NCBI GenBank assembly: GCA_965644295.1
Contig: CBFFRP010000281.1
Coordinates: 1 to 64,000 of the forward strand
Length of the DNA stretch: 64,000 bases
Reading direction: 5' to 3'
From: Paraphysomonas bandaiensis
Lineage: Eukaryota > Protista > Chrysophyceae
Shown here: positions 46,549-58,683 of the stretch, in pieces
Numbering within the stretch: position 1 is the first letter of the stretch
How the letters are laid out: each line of letters begins with the position of its first letter
Notes under the pieces: generated by a model
What the model was told of the DNA's origin: nothing
Databases searched by the model: none
What the model saw: only the letters and a program-made list of their open reading frames with translations
Position numbers and translations under genes: made by a program

Positions 46549-47345
46549 ACCTTTCATGATGTTACCAAAAAATATATATTATATATAGGTTGCAAGTCAT
46601 TGTGACTAGGTGGGGATGTCCACTTAATGGTATTGGAATGGTATTGGAGATGTGCTATAAGATACATGGAGTTATTCACGATAACAGTTATGAGGCTCAC
46701 TGCCATTGGAACATAAGCCCTCGGGAACACTACTTAAGGTGGGCGCAGTATTCGCTGGTCTCTCACGGATAGTTCGTGCGCTTATGGATAGATATTGGAG
46801 AAACTTATAAGTGGATTTAGAGGACTTTACTCTCAATGGAGCTGATATCTACCTATTTACTATACCATAGCTTGATACACACTACTAAGTATGAGTTCTG
46901 AATAAATAAACATTAGTGGAAACAGTAGAATAATGATAAATTTCATTGGAGAGATTATGTGGTATATGTTTAGTAAGTCAATTCACTTTAGACTTTAGTG
47001 ATTGCCACAGTAATCTCCTCTTCTCCTCAATAATGTACTACGATATCTCAAAGCAGTTCTATTACTTAAACTATTTGACACGTGAAAAAATACATATCAT
47101 GTTGAAAATGGGATTGATCCACTTTTATAATCGTTAAGGTAACCCTAATATACCGAAGCCAACTTTACTCCTAGCTATCGCCATGACAATATTTCAACAC
47201 ATTATAGATTACACTATACTCATTCCAGTGAAAGTTTATGTGCAATTTCAATGTCTAAAGCTCTGTCACGCTCACTCGCCAATCAAATTCTTCAACATCC
47301 CTCCAGAATCCCCTAAAAATAGAGCGTCAAGGAAAGTGAACACTC

Positions 47346-49712
47346 TTACATATTCATACTCAGAATTATCTCGTAGTACTGGAATATAACCGTTACGGCA
47401 ACGATTACACATGGCCCGGAGACAGCGGATCCTATATCATATTACACATCAGTTGCTCGACCGTATAGAATACATATACTCTTAGTAGCACCACCAGCGA
47501 CATTACACACGACGCAAATACGGCAAGTTGTAAAAAGAGGACACAAACATACCCAATAAATCGGCAATGAAAGAAAGCACTCCAACACAAACACCTCCTA
47601 ACGCGGCAGCCACAGGAATATAACGATTAAGTTCGTGTTCCAAGGCTGTATCACGATGTCCTTTGATGATCTACGGGCATACCAGTCAGATATCAATGTG
47701 ATACATAATTAGAAACTTCTAATCGTAGCTGTTTACCACTCACCATTTGCTGCTCCTTCAGTTCACGAGCAACACCCTTCGGGCCCTTTCCAGAGACCTA
47801 CATACTCTAGATTTAATTCGGGTGCACAAGACTAACCGACTGACACTGTCACTTACCTCTACCCAAATCTTTGCAAAGGTGGCAGCCATGCAAACAACGA
47901 ACACAGCGTAAAACATGACGTGGAAGGGATCAAAAATGATATCTGCATTTTAATAACACATTTACATCATATACGACTTATGGTGTATCCACTTGCGTAC
48001 CCAACAGAGAATCAGGTGGGCTGATATAGTACGGAAGGCCAGCGGTTGGTACCACAACTCCTACGAACACAGTAATCAAATACGACGCAGTTCATCGAAC
48101 GCTCAAAGTACCTTCAATGTCACCAACATGAGCCCATTTCCCAGTAATAATGCATAGAGGAGAATTAGGAAAGGCAGAATACACCACCTATTCGACCAAT
48201 GAGTAAAAACTAGCATAATCATAATCTGCGCTCACACCTGGGACACCATGAAAATATTCCCCGCAATTGTGGCGTACATAACCAGAGGAATGTTGGATGT
48301 ATAAAACAACTTAATCGGGTACTTTCCTAGACAAGAAATATTAAAGTGAAATCACACATAACGAAAACGAATTAACCTTGCTGAGCTCTGAACTTCTGGT
48401 ACTTAACCAACACTTCGACTCTCCACGTCTGGAAGTAAGCGACCTATCAATCTCATTAGATAACTCCACTTTTCACACACACTCATATAGCGCGTTCTTA
48501 CCGCAGCTCCAACAGCCACAGTAACCACAATTGCAAACACGCTGCAAACAGCCATGCCATGCCTGTGCCCATGTTAACGATAGCCACAGCGATAATGAGT
48601 TGAAGCTTATACTGTACCTGAGAAAGAGAGCATCCAGAATCGCCTGAAGCTTATTGTCTCTAGTAATGGGTAGATGAATCATAGCCACCAGAGCGCCATA
48701 AAACTCAGACTGTTTGACAATTTCTACTGTGCCGTCAGCAGTCGTTGTCTCAATAGAGGAAGAAGTAAAGGAAATGGGGGCGATACCCTGTTGGAGTAAT
48801 GAGCAATCAACTACGAATATATAAATAGATAAAGACCTTCCAAATCACGTCAGAGCAAATGGAACAGCAAGTGAAAAGTGATACTCCAGAGCCAATTCCA
48901 TACCCCTTCTGCAAGAGCTCATCCAGCAGAATAACTATGCACGATGATCCAAAGAGCTGCAGTACAAGGTTAGGCTGGTAGCACATACACACTCTGGGCA
49001 ACAAATGTACCTGCATCATAATCAGAATTGACTTGAACATACCAAGAGATGATACAGGTCCATATATTCCAGCTAGCACGAAAAAAACTGACTGGAATAA
49101 TGCTAACATTACACCGGCTAGCTTCTGCATTCCTTGGAAGGCCATACGGTCTTCCTTAAGATTATGATTGATCTGCATAGAAATATAATCGTCAGTTTAT
49201 TACTGAACAAAGATAATACAGATATGAAAAAACACGAGAATGTAGGTTATATAATTACAATCGCCGGACCTCAAATACTTTAGCAGCCGCCAAAATCTGC
49301 ATCAGCATTCCGGCTGTGAGTATATGGCCAACACCTGCCAATATAGAAATATATCAAAATAATAAACAACAACATCAACACGCATAAATATGTCAGTTAT
49401 ATATAAGAATTTTCAATTCCACTGACCTAACTCCATGAGAGTGCCTCTACTAGATCCCAGCATCAACCGCTGATGATAAAATGGATCAGCAGTGGCACTT
49501 TGAATGCCATATAATGGCAGCTGACTCATCACACAGTAAATAATGACACATAGAATTGTAGTCTGAGCTCTTTCATCAAAAGGTTGCTATACACACAAAC
49601 GAAACACATCAGCGACGAGAGAGATATGACCATCAAATTGTACCCGTCTGTCTGGAAGAGGAATTTCCGGAAGAAGGTGCAGAATTGGCTTCAGCGCATT
49701 GGCGAGCTTCAT
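47346..49712 (-). CDS. SEC61A: Divergent Sec61-alpha paralog, copy A (~14 introns)
   Basis: [61 protein letters not shown] and [14 protein letters not shown]. Confidence 0.92.
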
Positions 49713-50002
49713 GCTACCCAGGTTATGGTCAGTAAAGCAATGCTAACCGCTGCGTAGGTGTAGTAACTAATCAATGATTTGCACACCTGGTATGTTTCTT
49801 CTACTGTCATATCTACATACTGGTATACCATACACACATTCATACATAGCGAGAGAAATACATACACATACTGTCTGTATTGCGCCTGTTCGAGACGAGG
49901 TGGAGTTTGTGGTTCCCTGTCATGTACAGAGCTCAAAGTTTTGAAGACATATAATTTATGTAATATATAGTACGTAAATATCATGCCGTCATCATCATGT
50001 GA

Positions 50003-50074
50003 GGGGATGTGGTCTAGGGGTATGATACTCGCTTAGGGTGCGAGTGGTCCCGGGTTCGAATCCCGGCATCCCCC
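50003..50074 (+). tRNA. tRNA-Pro(AGG)
   Basis: Identical to 46287-46358; T-run terminator. Confidence 0.97.
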
Positions 50075-52007
50075 CATGTTTTTTTTCATCTTTTTGGTGG
50101 AGATCGAAACTATCCCTATAATGTCCCATTTTTCTCCTCTTTTTTCATACTATATTCGACTTCTTTAAATGAGGAGGGCAACACGTCACATCATTTGTAC
50201 AATACCATATATAGCACTGGTATCATATATATATAAATATATTTACATAACCATACAAGCTCACAGTATATATATTATCTCGAACTTATGATATTCTACT
50301 CTACAAACAACCTATTGACCTCAAGCAATCTGTGAATTAGTGTGTTCATATCCTTGTTATTAACGACGATGTGATTCGTCTCATCATCTCTATGATCCCA
50401 CACACACTTATCCTATGGCTGATAAGGAGAGTTAAGTCAGATTCATCACACTATTGTAAGAAGGAATCAATGGTCACAGGGGCTCCGTCCATGGGCTGCC
50501 CACCTCCTAATGAATAGATATGCAATGGATGGATGACAGACTCCCTGATCTACAGAGGTAGAAGTCTTAGTTTCATGACCAGGACTGCAGGTCTGATCAT
50601 TTGAGGGACTCACATAAGAATATCTCTGCGTGAGTGTCATTCTCCTCTTTGATTTAAGGTGTATACTAATATGAATGTATGCAAGCACATGATCAGTTCA
50701 TTATTTTTTGAACATAATGTGACTACAACTATATTTGACAGGTTCAACAGGAGAACATGCTGAACTGATACTGTTCCGTTCCGAGAGTGCGCCCTCGTTA
50801 AGAGTTGAATAAACTAAGTAATGCATAGTTTTTTAATTATAATTCCGCGTATTTTTTTGTGTGTGGTGCCAAGCAAGCTCCAGTTTGCTCTACACTATAC
50901 TCGCATAGTCAATATGTCCATACATGATGACAAGAAACCCTTGTCAATATCCATTCCTAGTGTTGTCTCAAAGGCAGTATATATATATATATTAACACCA
51001 TCCCAACCAAATTATTTTATCCTATATAAATTAGAATTTCCAACATACTTTTCTACTAACAGACTGATGTATCCTCCGCAAAGTGTTACACATGTAGCAC
51101 TATTAATCTATTAATGTTAACTCGTAGATATCAAGATACATCCACGTGACAACGATTGATATGCTTCAATACATCATCCTTATTTACATCAGTACGTATA
51201 GGGCACAGCACGAAGCCATTCCTCCGTGGGTGCCTCTATTTTCGAACTCTGAAGTGTCAATTCCATCATACGCTCTGTATCATCATATGATCAAAACTAT
51301 ATAAAATAAATATTTTCACAATATAATTCAAGACTCCGCTGGTGTTACATGACACAATCGAGTTCATACGGCTCCGCAGAGTATGCTACACGTCAACAAT
51401 GATTGACATGTTTCCACACAGAAACCTCATATACATCAATGCGCAGAGGGCACTATGAGAAAGTATCTATAAATCATACATTCATATTAGTATACACCTT
51501 AAATCAAAGAGGAGAATGACACTCACGCAGAGATATTCTTATGTGAGTCCCTCAAATGATCAGACCTGCAGTCCTGGTCATGAAACTAAGACTTCTACCT
51601 CTGTAGATCAGGGAGTCTGTCATCCATCCATTGCATATCTATTCATTAGGAGGTGGGCAGCCCATGGACGGAGCCCCTGTGACCATTGATTCCTTCTTAC
51701 AATAGTGTGATGAATCTGACTTAACTCTCCTTATCAGCCATAGGATAAGTGTGTGTGGGATCATAGAGATGATGAGACGAATCACATCATCGTTAATAAC
51801 AAGGATATGAACACACTAATTCACAGATTGCTTGAGGTCAATAGGTTGTTTGTAGAGTAGAATATCATAAGTTCGAGATAATATATATACTGTGAGCTTG
51901 TATGGTTATGTAAATATATTTATATATATATGATACCAGTGCTATATATGGTATTGTACAAATGATGTGACGTGTCGATCTCCACCAAAAAGATGAAAAA
52001 AAACATG

Positions 52008-52079
52008 GGGGGATGCCGGGATTCGAACCCGGGACCACTCGCACCCTAAGCGAGTATCATACCCCTAGACCACATCCCC
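52008..52079 (-). tRNA. tRNA-Pro(AGG)
   Basis: Mirror copy of 50003-50074 in the right arm. Confidence 0.97.
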
Positions 52080-52369
52080 TCACATGATGATGACGGCATG
52101 ATATTTACGTACTATATATTACATAAATTATATGTCTTCAAAACTTTGAGCTCTGTACATGACAGGGAACCACAAACTCCACCTCGTCTCGAACAGGCGC
52201 AATACAGACAGTATGTGTATGTATTTCTCTCGCTATGTATGAATGTGTGTATGGTATACCAGTATGTAGATATGACAGTAGAAGAAACATACCAGGTGTG
52301 CAAATCATTGATTAGTTACTACACCTACGCAGCGGTTAGCATTGCTTTACTGACCATAACCTGGGTAGC

Positions 52370-54746
52370 ATGAAGCTCGCCAATGCGCTGAAGCCAATTC
52401 TGCACCTTCTTCCGGAAATTCCTCTTCCAGACAGACGGGTACAATTTGATGGTCATATCTCTCTCGTCGCTGATGTGTTTCGTTTGTGTGTATAGCAACC
52501 TTTTGATGAAAGAGCTCAGACTACAATTCTATGTGTCATTATTTACTGTGTGATGAGTCAGCTGCCATTATATGGCATTCAAAGTGCCACTGCTGATCCA
52601 TTTTATCATCAGCGGTTGATGCTGGGATCTAGTAGAGGCACTCTCATGGAGTTAGGTCAGTGGAATTGAAAATTCTTATATATAACTGACATATTTATGC
52701 GTGTTGATGTTGTTGTTTATTATTTTGATATATTTCTATATTGGTTTCTATATTGGCAGGTGTTGGCCATATACTCACAGCCGGAATGCTGATGCAGATT
52801 TTGGCGGCTGCTAAAGTATTTGAGGTCCGGCGATTGTAATTATATAACCTACATTCTCGTGTTTTTTCATATCTGTATTATCTTTGTTCAGTAATAAACT
52901 GACGATTATATTTCTATGCAGATCAATCATAATCTTAAGGAAGACCGTATGGCCTTCCAAGGAATGCAGAAGCTAGCCGGCGTAATGTTAGCATTATTCC
53001 AGTCAGTTTTTTTCGTGCTAGCTGGAATATATGGACCTGTATCATCTCTTGGTATGTTCAAGTCAATTCTGATTATGATGCAGGTACATTTGTTGCCCAG
53101 AGTGTGTATGTGCTACCAGCCTAACCTTGTACTGCAGCTCTTTGGATCATCGTGCATAGTTATTCTGCTGGATGAGCTCTTGCAGAAGGGGTATGGAATT
53201 GGCTCTGGAGTATCACTTTTCACTTGCTGTTCCATTTGCTCTGACGTGATTTGGAAGGTCTTTATCTATTTATATATTCGTAGTTGATTGCTCATTACTC
53301 CAACAGGGTATCGCCCCCATTTCCTTTACTTCTTCCTCTTTTGAGACGACTGCTGACGGCACAGTAGAAATTGTCAAACAGTCTGAGTTTTATGGCGCTC
53401 TGGTGGCTATGATTCATCTACCCATTACTAGAGACAATAAGCTTCAGGCGATTCTGGATGCTCTCTTTCTCAGGTACAGTATAAGCTTCAACTCATTAAC
53501 GCTGTGGCTATCGTTAACATGGGCACAGGCATGGCATGGCTGTTTGCAGCGTGTTTGCAATTGTGGTTACTGTGGCTGTTGGAGCTGCGGTAAGAACGCG
53601 CTATATGAGTGTGTGTGAAAAGTGGAGTTATCTAATGAGATTGATAGGTCGCTTACTTCCAGACGTGGAGAGTCGAAGTGTTGGTTAAGTACCAGAAGTT
53701 CAGAGCTCAGCAAGGTTAATTCGTTTTCGTTATGTGTGATTTCACTTTAATATTTCTTGTCTAGGAAAGTACCCGATTAAGTTGTTTTATACATCCAACA
53801 TTCCTCTGGTTATGTACGCCACAATTGCGGGGAATATTTTCATGGTATCCCAGGTGTGAGCGCAGATTATGATTATGCTAGTTTTTACTCATTGGTCGAA
53901 TAGGTGGTGTATTCTGCCTTTCCTAATTCTCCTCTATGCATTATTACTGGGAAATGGGCTCATGTTGGTGACATTGAAGGTACTTTGAGCGTTCGATGAA
54001 CTGCGTCGTATTTGATTACTGTGTTCGTAGGAGTTGTGGTACCAACCGCTGGCCTTCCGTACTATATCAGCCCACCTGATTCTCTGTTGGGTACGCAAGT
54101 GGATACACCATAAGTCGTATATGATGTAAATGTGTTATTAAAATGCAGATATCATTTTTGATCCCTTCCACGTCATGTTTTACGCTGTGTTCGTTGTTTG
54201 CATGGCTGCCACCTTTGCAAAGATTTGGGTAGAGGTAAGTGACAGTGTCAGTCGGTTAGTCTTGTGCACCCGAATTAAATCTAGAGTATGTAGGTCTCTG
54301 GAAAGGGCCCGAAGGGTGTTGCTCGTGAACTGAAGGAGCAGCAAATGGTGAGTGGTAAACAGCTACGATTAGAAGTTTCTAATTATGTATCACATTGATA
54401 TCTGACTGGTATGCCCGTAGATCATCAAAGGACATCGTGATACAGCCTTGGAACACGAACTTAATCGTTATATTCCTGTGGCTGCCGCGTTAGGAGGTGT
54501 TTGTGTGGGAGTGCTTTCTTTCATTGCCGATTTATTGGGTATGTTTGTGTCCTCTTTTTACAACTTGCCGTATTTGCGTCGTGTGTAATGTCGCTGGTGG
54601 TGCTACTAAGAGTATATGTATTCTATACGGTCGAGCAACTGATGTGTAATTATGATATAGGATCCGCTGTCTCCGGGCCATGTGTAATCGTTGCCGTAAC
54701 GGTTATATTCCAGTACTACGAGATAATTCTGAGTATGAATATGTAA
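52370..54746 (+). CDS. SEC61A: Divergent Sec61-alpha paralog, copy B (~14 introns)
   Basis: Same motifs as copy A; ATG at 52370 ([17 protein letters not shown]); TAA at 54744-54746. Confidence 0.92.
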
Positions 54747-55328
54747 GAGTGTTCACTTTCCTTGACGCTCTATTTTTAGGGGATTCTGGAGGGATGTTGA
54801 AGAATTTGATTGGCGAGTGAGCGTGACAGAGCTTTAGACATTGAAATTGCACATAAACTTTCACTGGAATGAGTATAGTGTAATCTATAATGTGTTGAAA
54901 TATTGTCATGGCGATAGCTAGGAGTAAAGTTGGCTTCGGTATATTAGGGTTACCTTAACGGATATAAAAGTGGATCAATCCATATTTTTACTTTGGAACG
55001 AAAATATGAGTTTTAATGGTCAATATTTTTCTCAAAGGAAGCATGAAACATTTGTAGAAGTGATATTTGCACAAAAGGGTATCGTTATGGAGTGAATACG
55101 CAGCTAGCTATGTCTCGTGATGTGACGATTCTATCTACAGCCTTGAATTGAGATGTTGGAAATTGCTCATTCATAACTAGACCTCAGAGAGAATTTGTCG
55201 TTAGACTAGACAGATTAATTAATATTTTGTTTACACGAAGTTGTGACAAAAAACACAATCTCATTTTGTTCCACGCATACTTCCTACATATGTGAACCTC
55301 TCGTTACTAAACATATCTCGAAACTCGA

Positions 55329-55459
55329 AAGATCAAACTATTTCAGTTCCTCAATATCATCACAGCATTTGTACATCACTATATTTCACTGAATTCTCGT
55401 ACATTGTCTTCAAGTGACATACTGAATATACTAGAATATAAATAATCTATATTCTAATA
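55329..55459. repeat. LTR-like relic shared with 39337-39464
   Basis: AAGATCAAACTATTTCAGTT...CAAGTGACATACTGAATATACTAGAATA...ATTCTAATA is present at both sites. Confidence 0.75.
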
Positions 55460-55579
55460 TGAGAGAGTTTGTTGATTATCGCTATTTCGAGCAATTAAAA
55501 GCTGTATTTTGTATTTTAAGTTTTAAGCTTTTTAAATTATGCACACGGTAGTTGTTGTCTAATACTGTAGCCAGAGATT

Positions 55580-56696
55580 AGTAGTGAATATCTTGAGTAT
55601 TAGCAATAGGCGTTTAAGAGTCAGGACTAATTTAGCATTGCAATTTAACTAACTAGTGCTTAACTCTGATATCAAACTATTTAACTCTACGAAAGAAGCT
55701 GCTTGTGCGTCACCACAAGCACCAAGGTGCAACCACGTTCGCTCTCTGTCCTTAAGGTGAACGCAGTGAGCAAGCAGATTGTTGATATACCTGACATCTG
55801 ATGACTACAGGACTCTTGAGACCTTTAGGTGAACAGCCCGGATGTTTGACTTCAGCAGGCAGCCCAATACCCCAGAAGACTGTTTATTCATCAGGGCCCA
55901 AAGACGTCTACACAAGTGACACTTATATCATTGTCCGTTGTACCACACTAGCATCTGGCTATGAGTGGGCAAAACAAAATCTGCTGACTATATATTCAGC
56001 TCACATTAGTTTCCCGGAAAAATATTTTCGGTACAATCCCCCAGAACCCCACGAAAAGGTGAGAGTCCGACTTTGTTTTGGGACAGAGACTATACGAATT
56101 TCAATGATAGGCTATGAGATAATTGAGACAAACTGAAACATATTGGAGATATTCATAATATTGATTGCTAGTTCAACTTTGTTGAGGGGCACCTGTTAAT
56201 ATTTAACTCACACTACTGTTTTAGTACTTCAGTGTCAGTGAAGCTTATCTTGTTTGAAGTGTGTCGTGTGATAGTGGTTGTGGTAGTGAATATTAAAGGG
56301 TAAAGGCTATTCTGCATTTAAAGATAATATATTAGTTGAGTATTGAGACAGCGTACTTTGGTATAACGGCATACCTCAAGGGCATCCGGGTAACCAGGGT
56401 ATTGGGCTGCCTGCTGAAGTCAAACATCCGGGCTGCGGGCTGTTCACCTAAAGGTCTCAAGAGTCATGTAGTCATCAGATGTCAGGTATATCAACAATCT
56501 GCTTGCTCACTGCGTTCACCTTAAGGACAGAGAGCGAACGTGGTTGCACCTTGGTGCTTGTGGTGACGCACAAGCAGCTTCTTTCGTAGAGTTAAATAGT
56601 TTGATATCAGAGTTAAGCACTAGTTAGTTAAATTGCAATGCTAAATTAGTCCTGACTCTTAAACGCCTATTGCTAATACTCAAGATATTCACTACT
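55580..56696. repeat. Fold-back: ~295-bp near-perfect inverted arms (55580-55872 / 56397-56696) of the unclassified repeat family
   Basis: The arms are reverse complements apart from a 7-bp insertion, and are homologous to 13314-14312. Confidence 0.9.
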
Positions 56697-57053
56697 TCTG
56701 ATTTTTTTAGATAATATATTAGTTGAGACAGCATACTTGAAATTTGGTCGCGAGTTATGACTATATGATGCACGCTTTTCCAGTACATAGACACCAAGGC
56801 TCTGTTTATGTCATTTTAACGTCTACGAGTGCAGTTCAAACTGATGGACTTATCATGTAACGCTATTCTATTAAATAGAAAACTAGCAAAAAAGGTGTCA
56901 ACAAATAAAACTGAAAACATACTACCAACACAGCACAAATATAACGATGTGTCATGTCTTGTCAAAACTGATGACGCCAAAAAACGCCAAAAGGTTACCC
57001 ATTCCAATCTTTAGAATTCAATGATCTGATATCGTCTGGTGCTTTTATATGTA

Positions 57054-58006
57054 CTACTCATCGTCCTCATCTATGTCTACCCAACTGGAGAACGCATGGA
57101 CAAATTCGGGAAAGTCAATTTCACCATTCGCGTCCCAATCCTACATATATACCATTCAGTTTCTTGTGACCAAAACCAATACGACGACATACCATTTCAT
57201 TCCAACGCTGCTGGCTGAGCATTGCATTTCTCCCCCCCTTTCCTTCCTCAATCATTGCAGACACCGCGTCTCGACTTATGAATCCCTTTCCATTTGGGTC
57301 AAAGAGAAGGTATGCTGACACAATTAGATTCATGACACCGTTGATGTCAGCTGCACTACAAGTCAAGCCATTCACTTCAATAAGGTTCGATGGACGGGCC
57401 CCCTTCGTAGATGTTTCGTCCTCATGAATGTCCGGCATAATTTCCAATACATGGCCTGTAAACCCGTCAGCAGAATGAGCATGAAAGGAACAAAAAAATG
57501 GAGATTATCCATAACTGACCTACTGTTAAAGCAACTAAAAATTCTTTGAACTCTATAACTTTGGAATCGTCCAAGTCAACAAACTCAAAAAGCTCAATAA
57601 TTTGATCTCTGTATTTATCATTAGTAGTGTATAACTTATTCAAGAAATGTTTTATACTTTTCCATAGGTCCATGCAATATCTGTAGCGAATCCTTCAGCC
57701 CATCGTAATTTAAACCGCTTTTGCCTTCAGACTTCAACGCAAAAACAGCTTTGATGTACGCCAACACGCTTCTCAGTCTGTCAAAACGAAGTAATATCCT
57801 ACACAAAAAGAATGACATTCACGAGTATAAGTTAAAAAAGGTCTGTGTTACTTTTCGAATGTAATGGGATTGCCCGCCTTGTCTACCTCCCCCTTCTTTT
57901 TCTGAAGAACTCTTGCGATCCTATCGGAAGTCTTTTTCGTAGAAGATGTCTTTTTGGAACTTGGTGTTACAACAGCCAAGCTAGATAGAGAAGAAGTACA
58001 GCCCAT
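57054..58006 (-). CDS. Calmodulin-like EF-hand protein (CML21/22-like) with an N-acylation motif, 5 exons
   Basis: MGCTSS start; EF loops DLDDSKVIEFKEF, DPNGKGFISRD and DWDANGEIDFPEF; C-terminus AFSSWVDIDEDDE. Confidence 0.85.
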
Positions 58007-58683
58007 GAGCAGATATTGTGAAGCAATATGTCGAGAAGGAGAGCGAAATGCGTTAAGTTACGTTGCGTGAGATGCGGTAGAAAAAGCCACAACTAAATGA
58101 ATAGAAATAAGATAAATATCGAAGGATGTGACTTCACACAAGCATACAGACACTGTTGAGAGAGAAGGAGTGCATGCAGTTAATGGAAGGGATGTTGCAA
58201 GAAACTGATGCAGCGTTGTAAAGACCCCACGTATTAGTGTACGGTGAAGAGGTACAACTCAACGGTACATATAGACATAGGAATTGTATGGTACAGCGGT
58301 ACATTAAGAGGATGAGGATGCAGTTTGCCCCAATATTTCTTCTCCATTTTTGTGTTAAAATTTTGCATATTTCGTATTTCTGGGTGGATATCTGCGAGGT
58401 ACACATCTAGACATTCTACGTAGTCGGATCGTAGTATGGTCCGTATATGCGACTATTATGGTATTCGCCTAGTATTCGCTGTACATGTGTGTGTATATGT
58501 ACTGCTCCAGCGTGTATACGCTCCATACATACAATCCAGTTCTTGATGTCGAACTGTCCTGTCGATCCTCAACTCATAAAGCCCACTGTGATTGTGATGT
58601 TGTACATATCTTCACGTAAAATAACTTAGCACTTGTCGTCTCTATCAACAGATCTGCTCTGCCTCAAGGGAGTGTAAAGGGTA

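Larger units (their letters stand above)
47111..54982. repeat. Large inverted duplication: arms ~47111-50681 and ~51475-54982, 793-bp spacer
   Basis: The arms are reverse complements with a few substitutions and indels; mirrored ORFs appear in the ORF track. Confidence 0.96.

Noticed and set aside
46287-52079. tRNA-Pro as primer or target for the LTR elements in this window
   Set aside because: The two PBSs match Ala-type and initiator-Met-type 3' ends, and neither element is adjacent to the tRNA genes.
49709-52373. Mirrored 91-aa and 63-aa ORFs, plus the 68-aa pair at 47183 and 54909
   Set aside because: They recur only because of the inverted duplication and lie in promoter or 3' flanks with no coding features.
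55790-55905. CTGATGA hammerhead-ribozyme cores in the unclassified repeat
   Set aside because: I could not find a properly placed GAAA and stems, and the motif is not conserved in the 13.3-14.3-kb copy.
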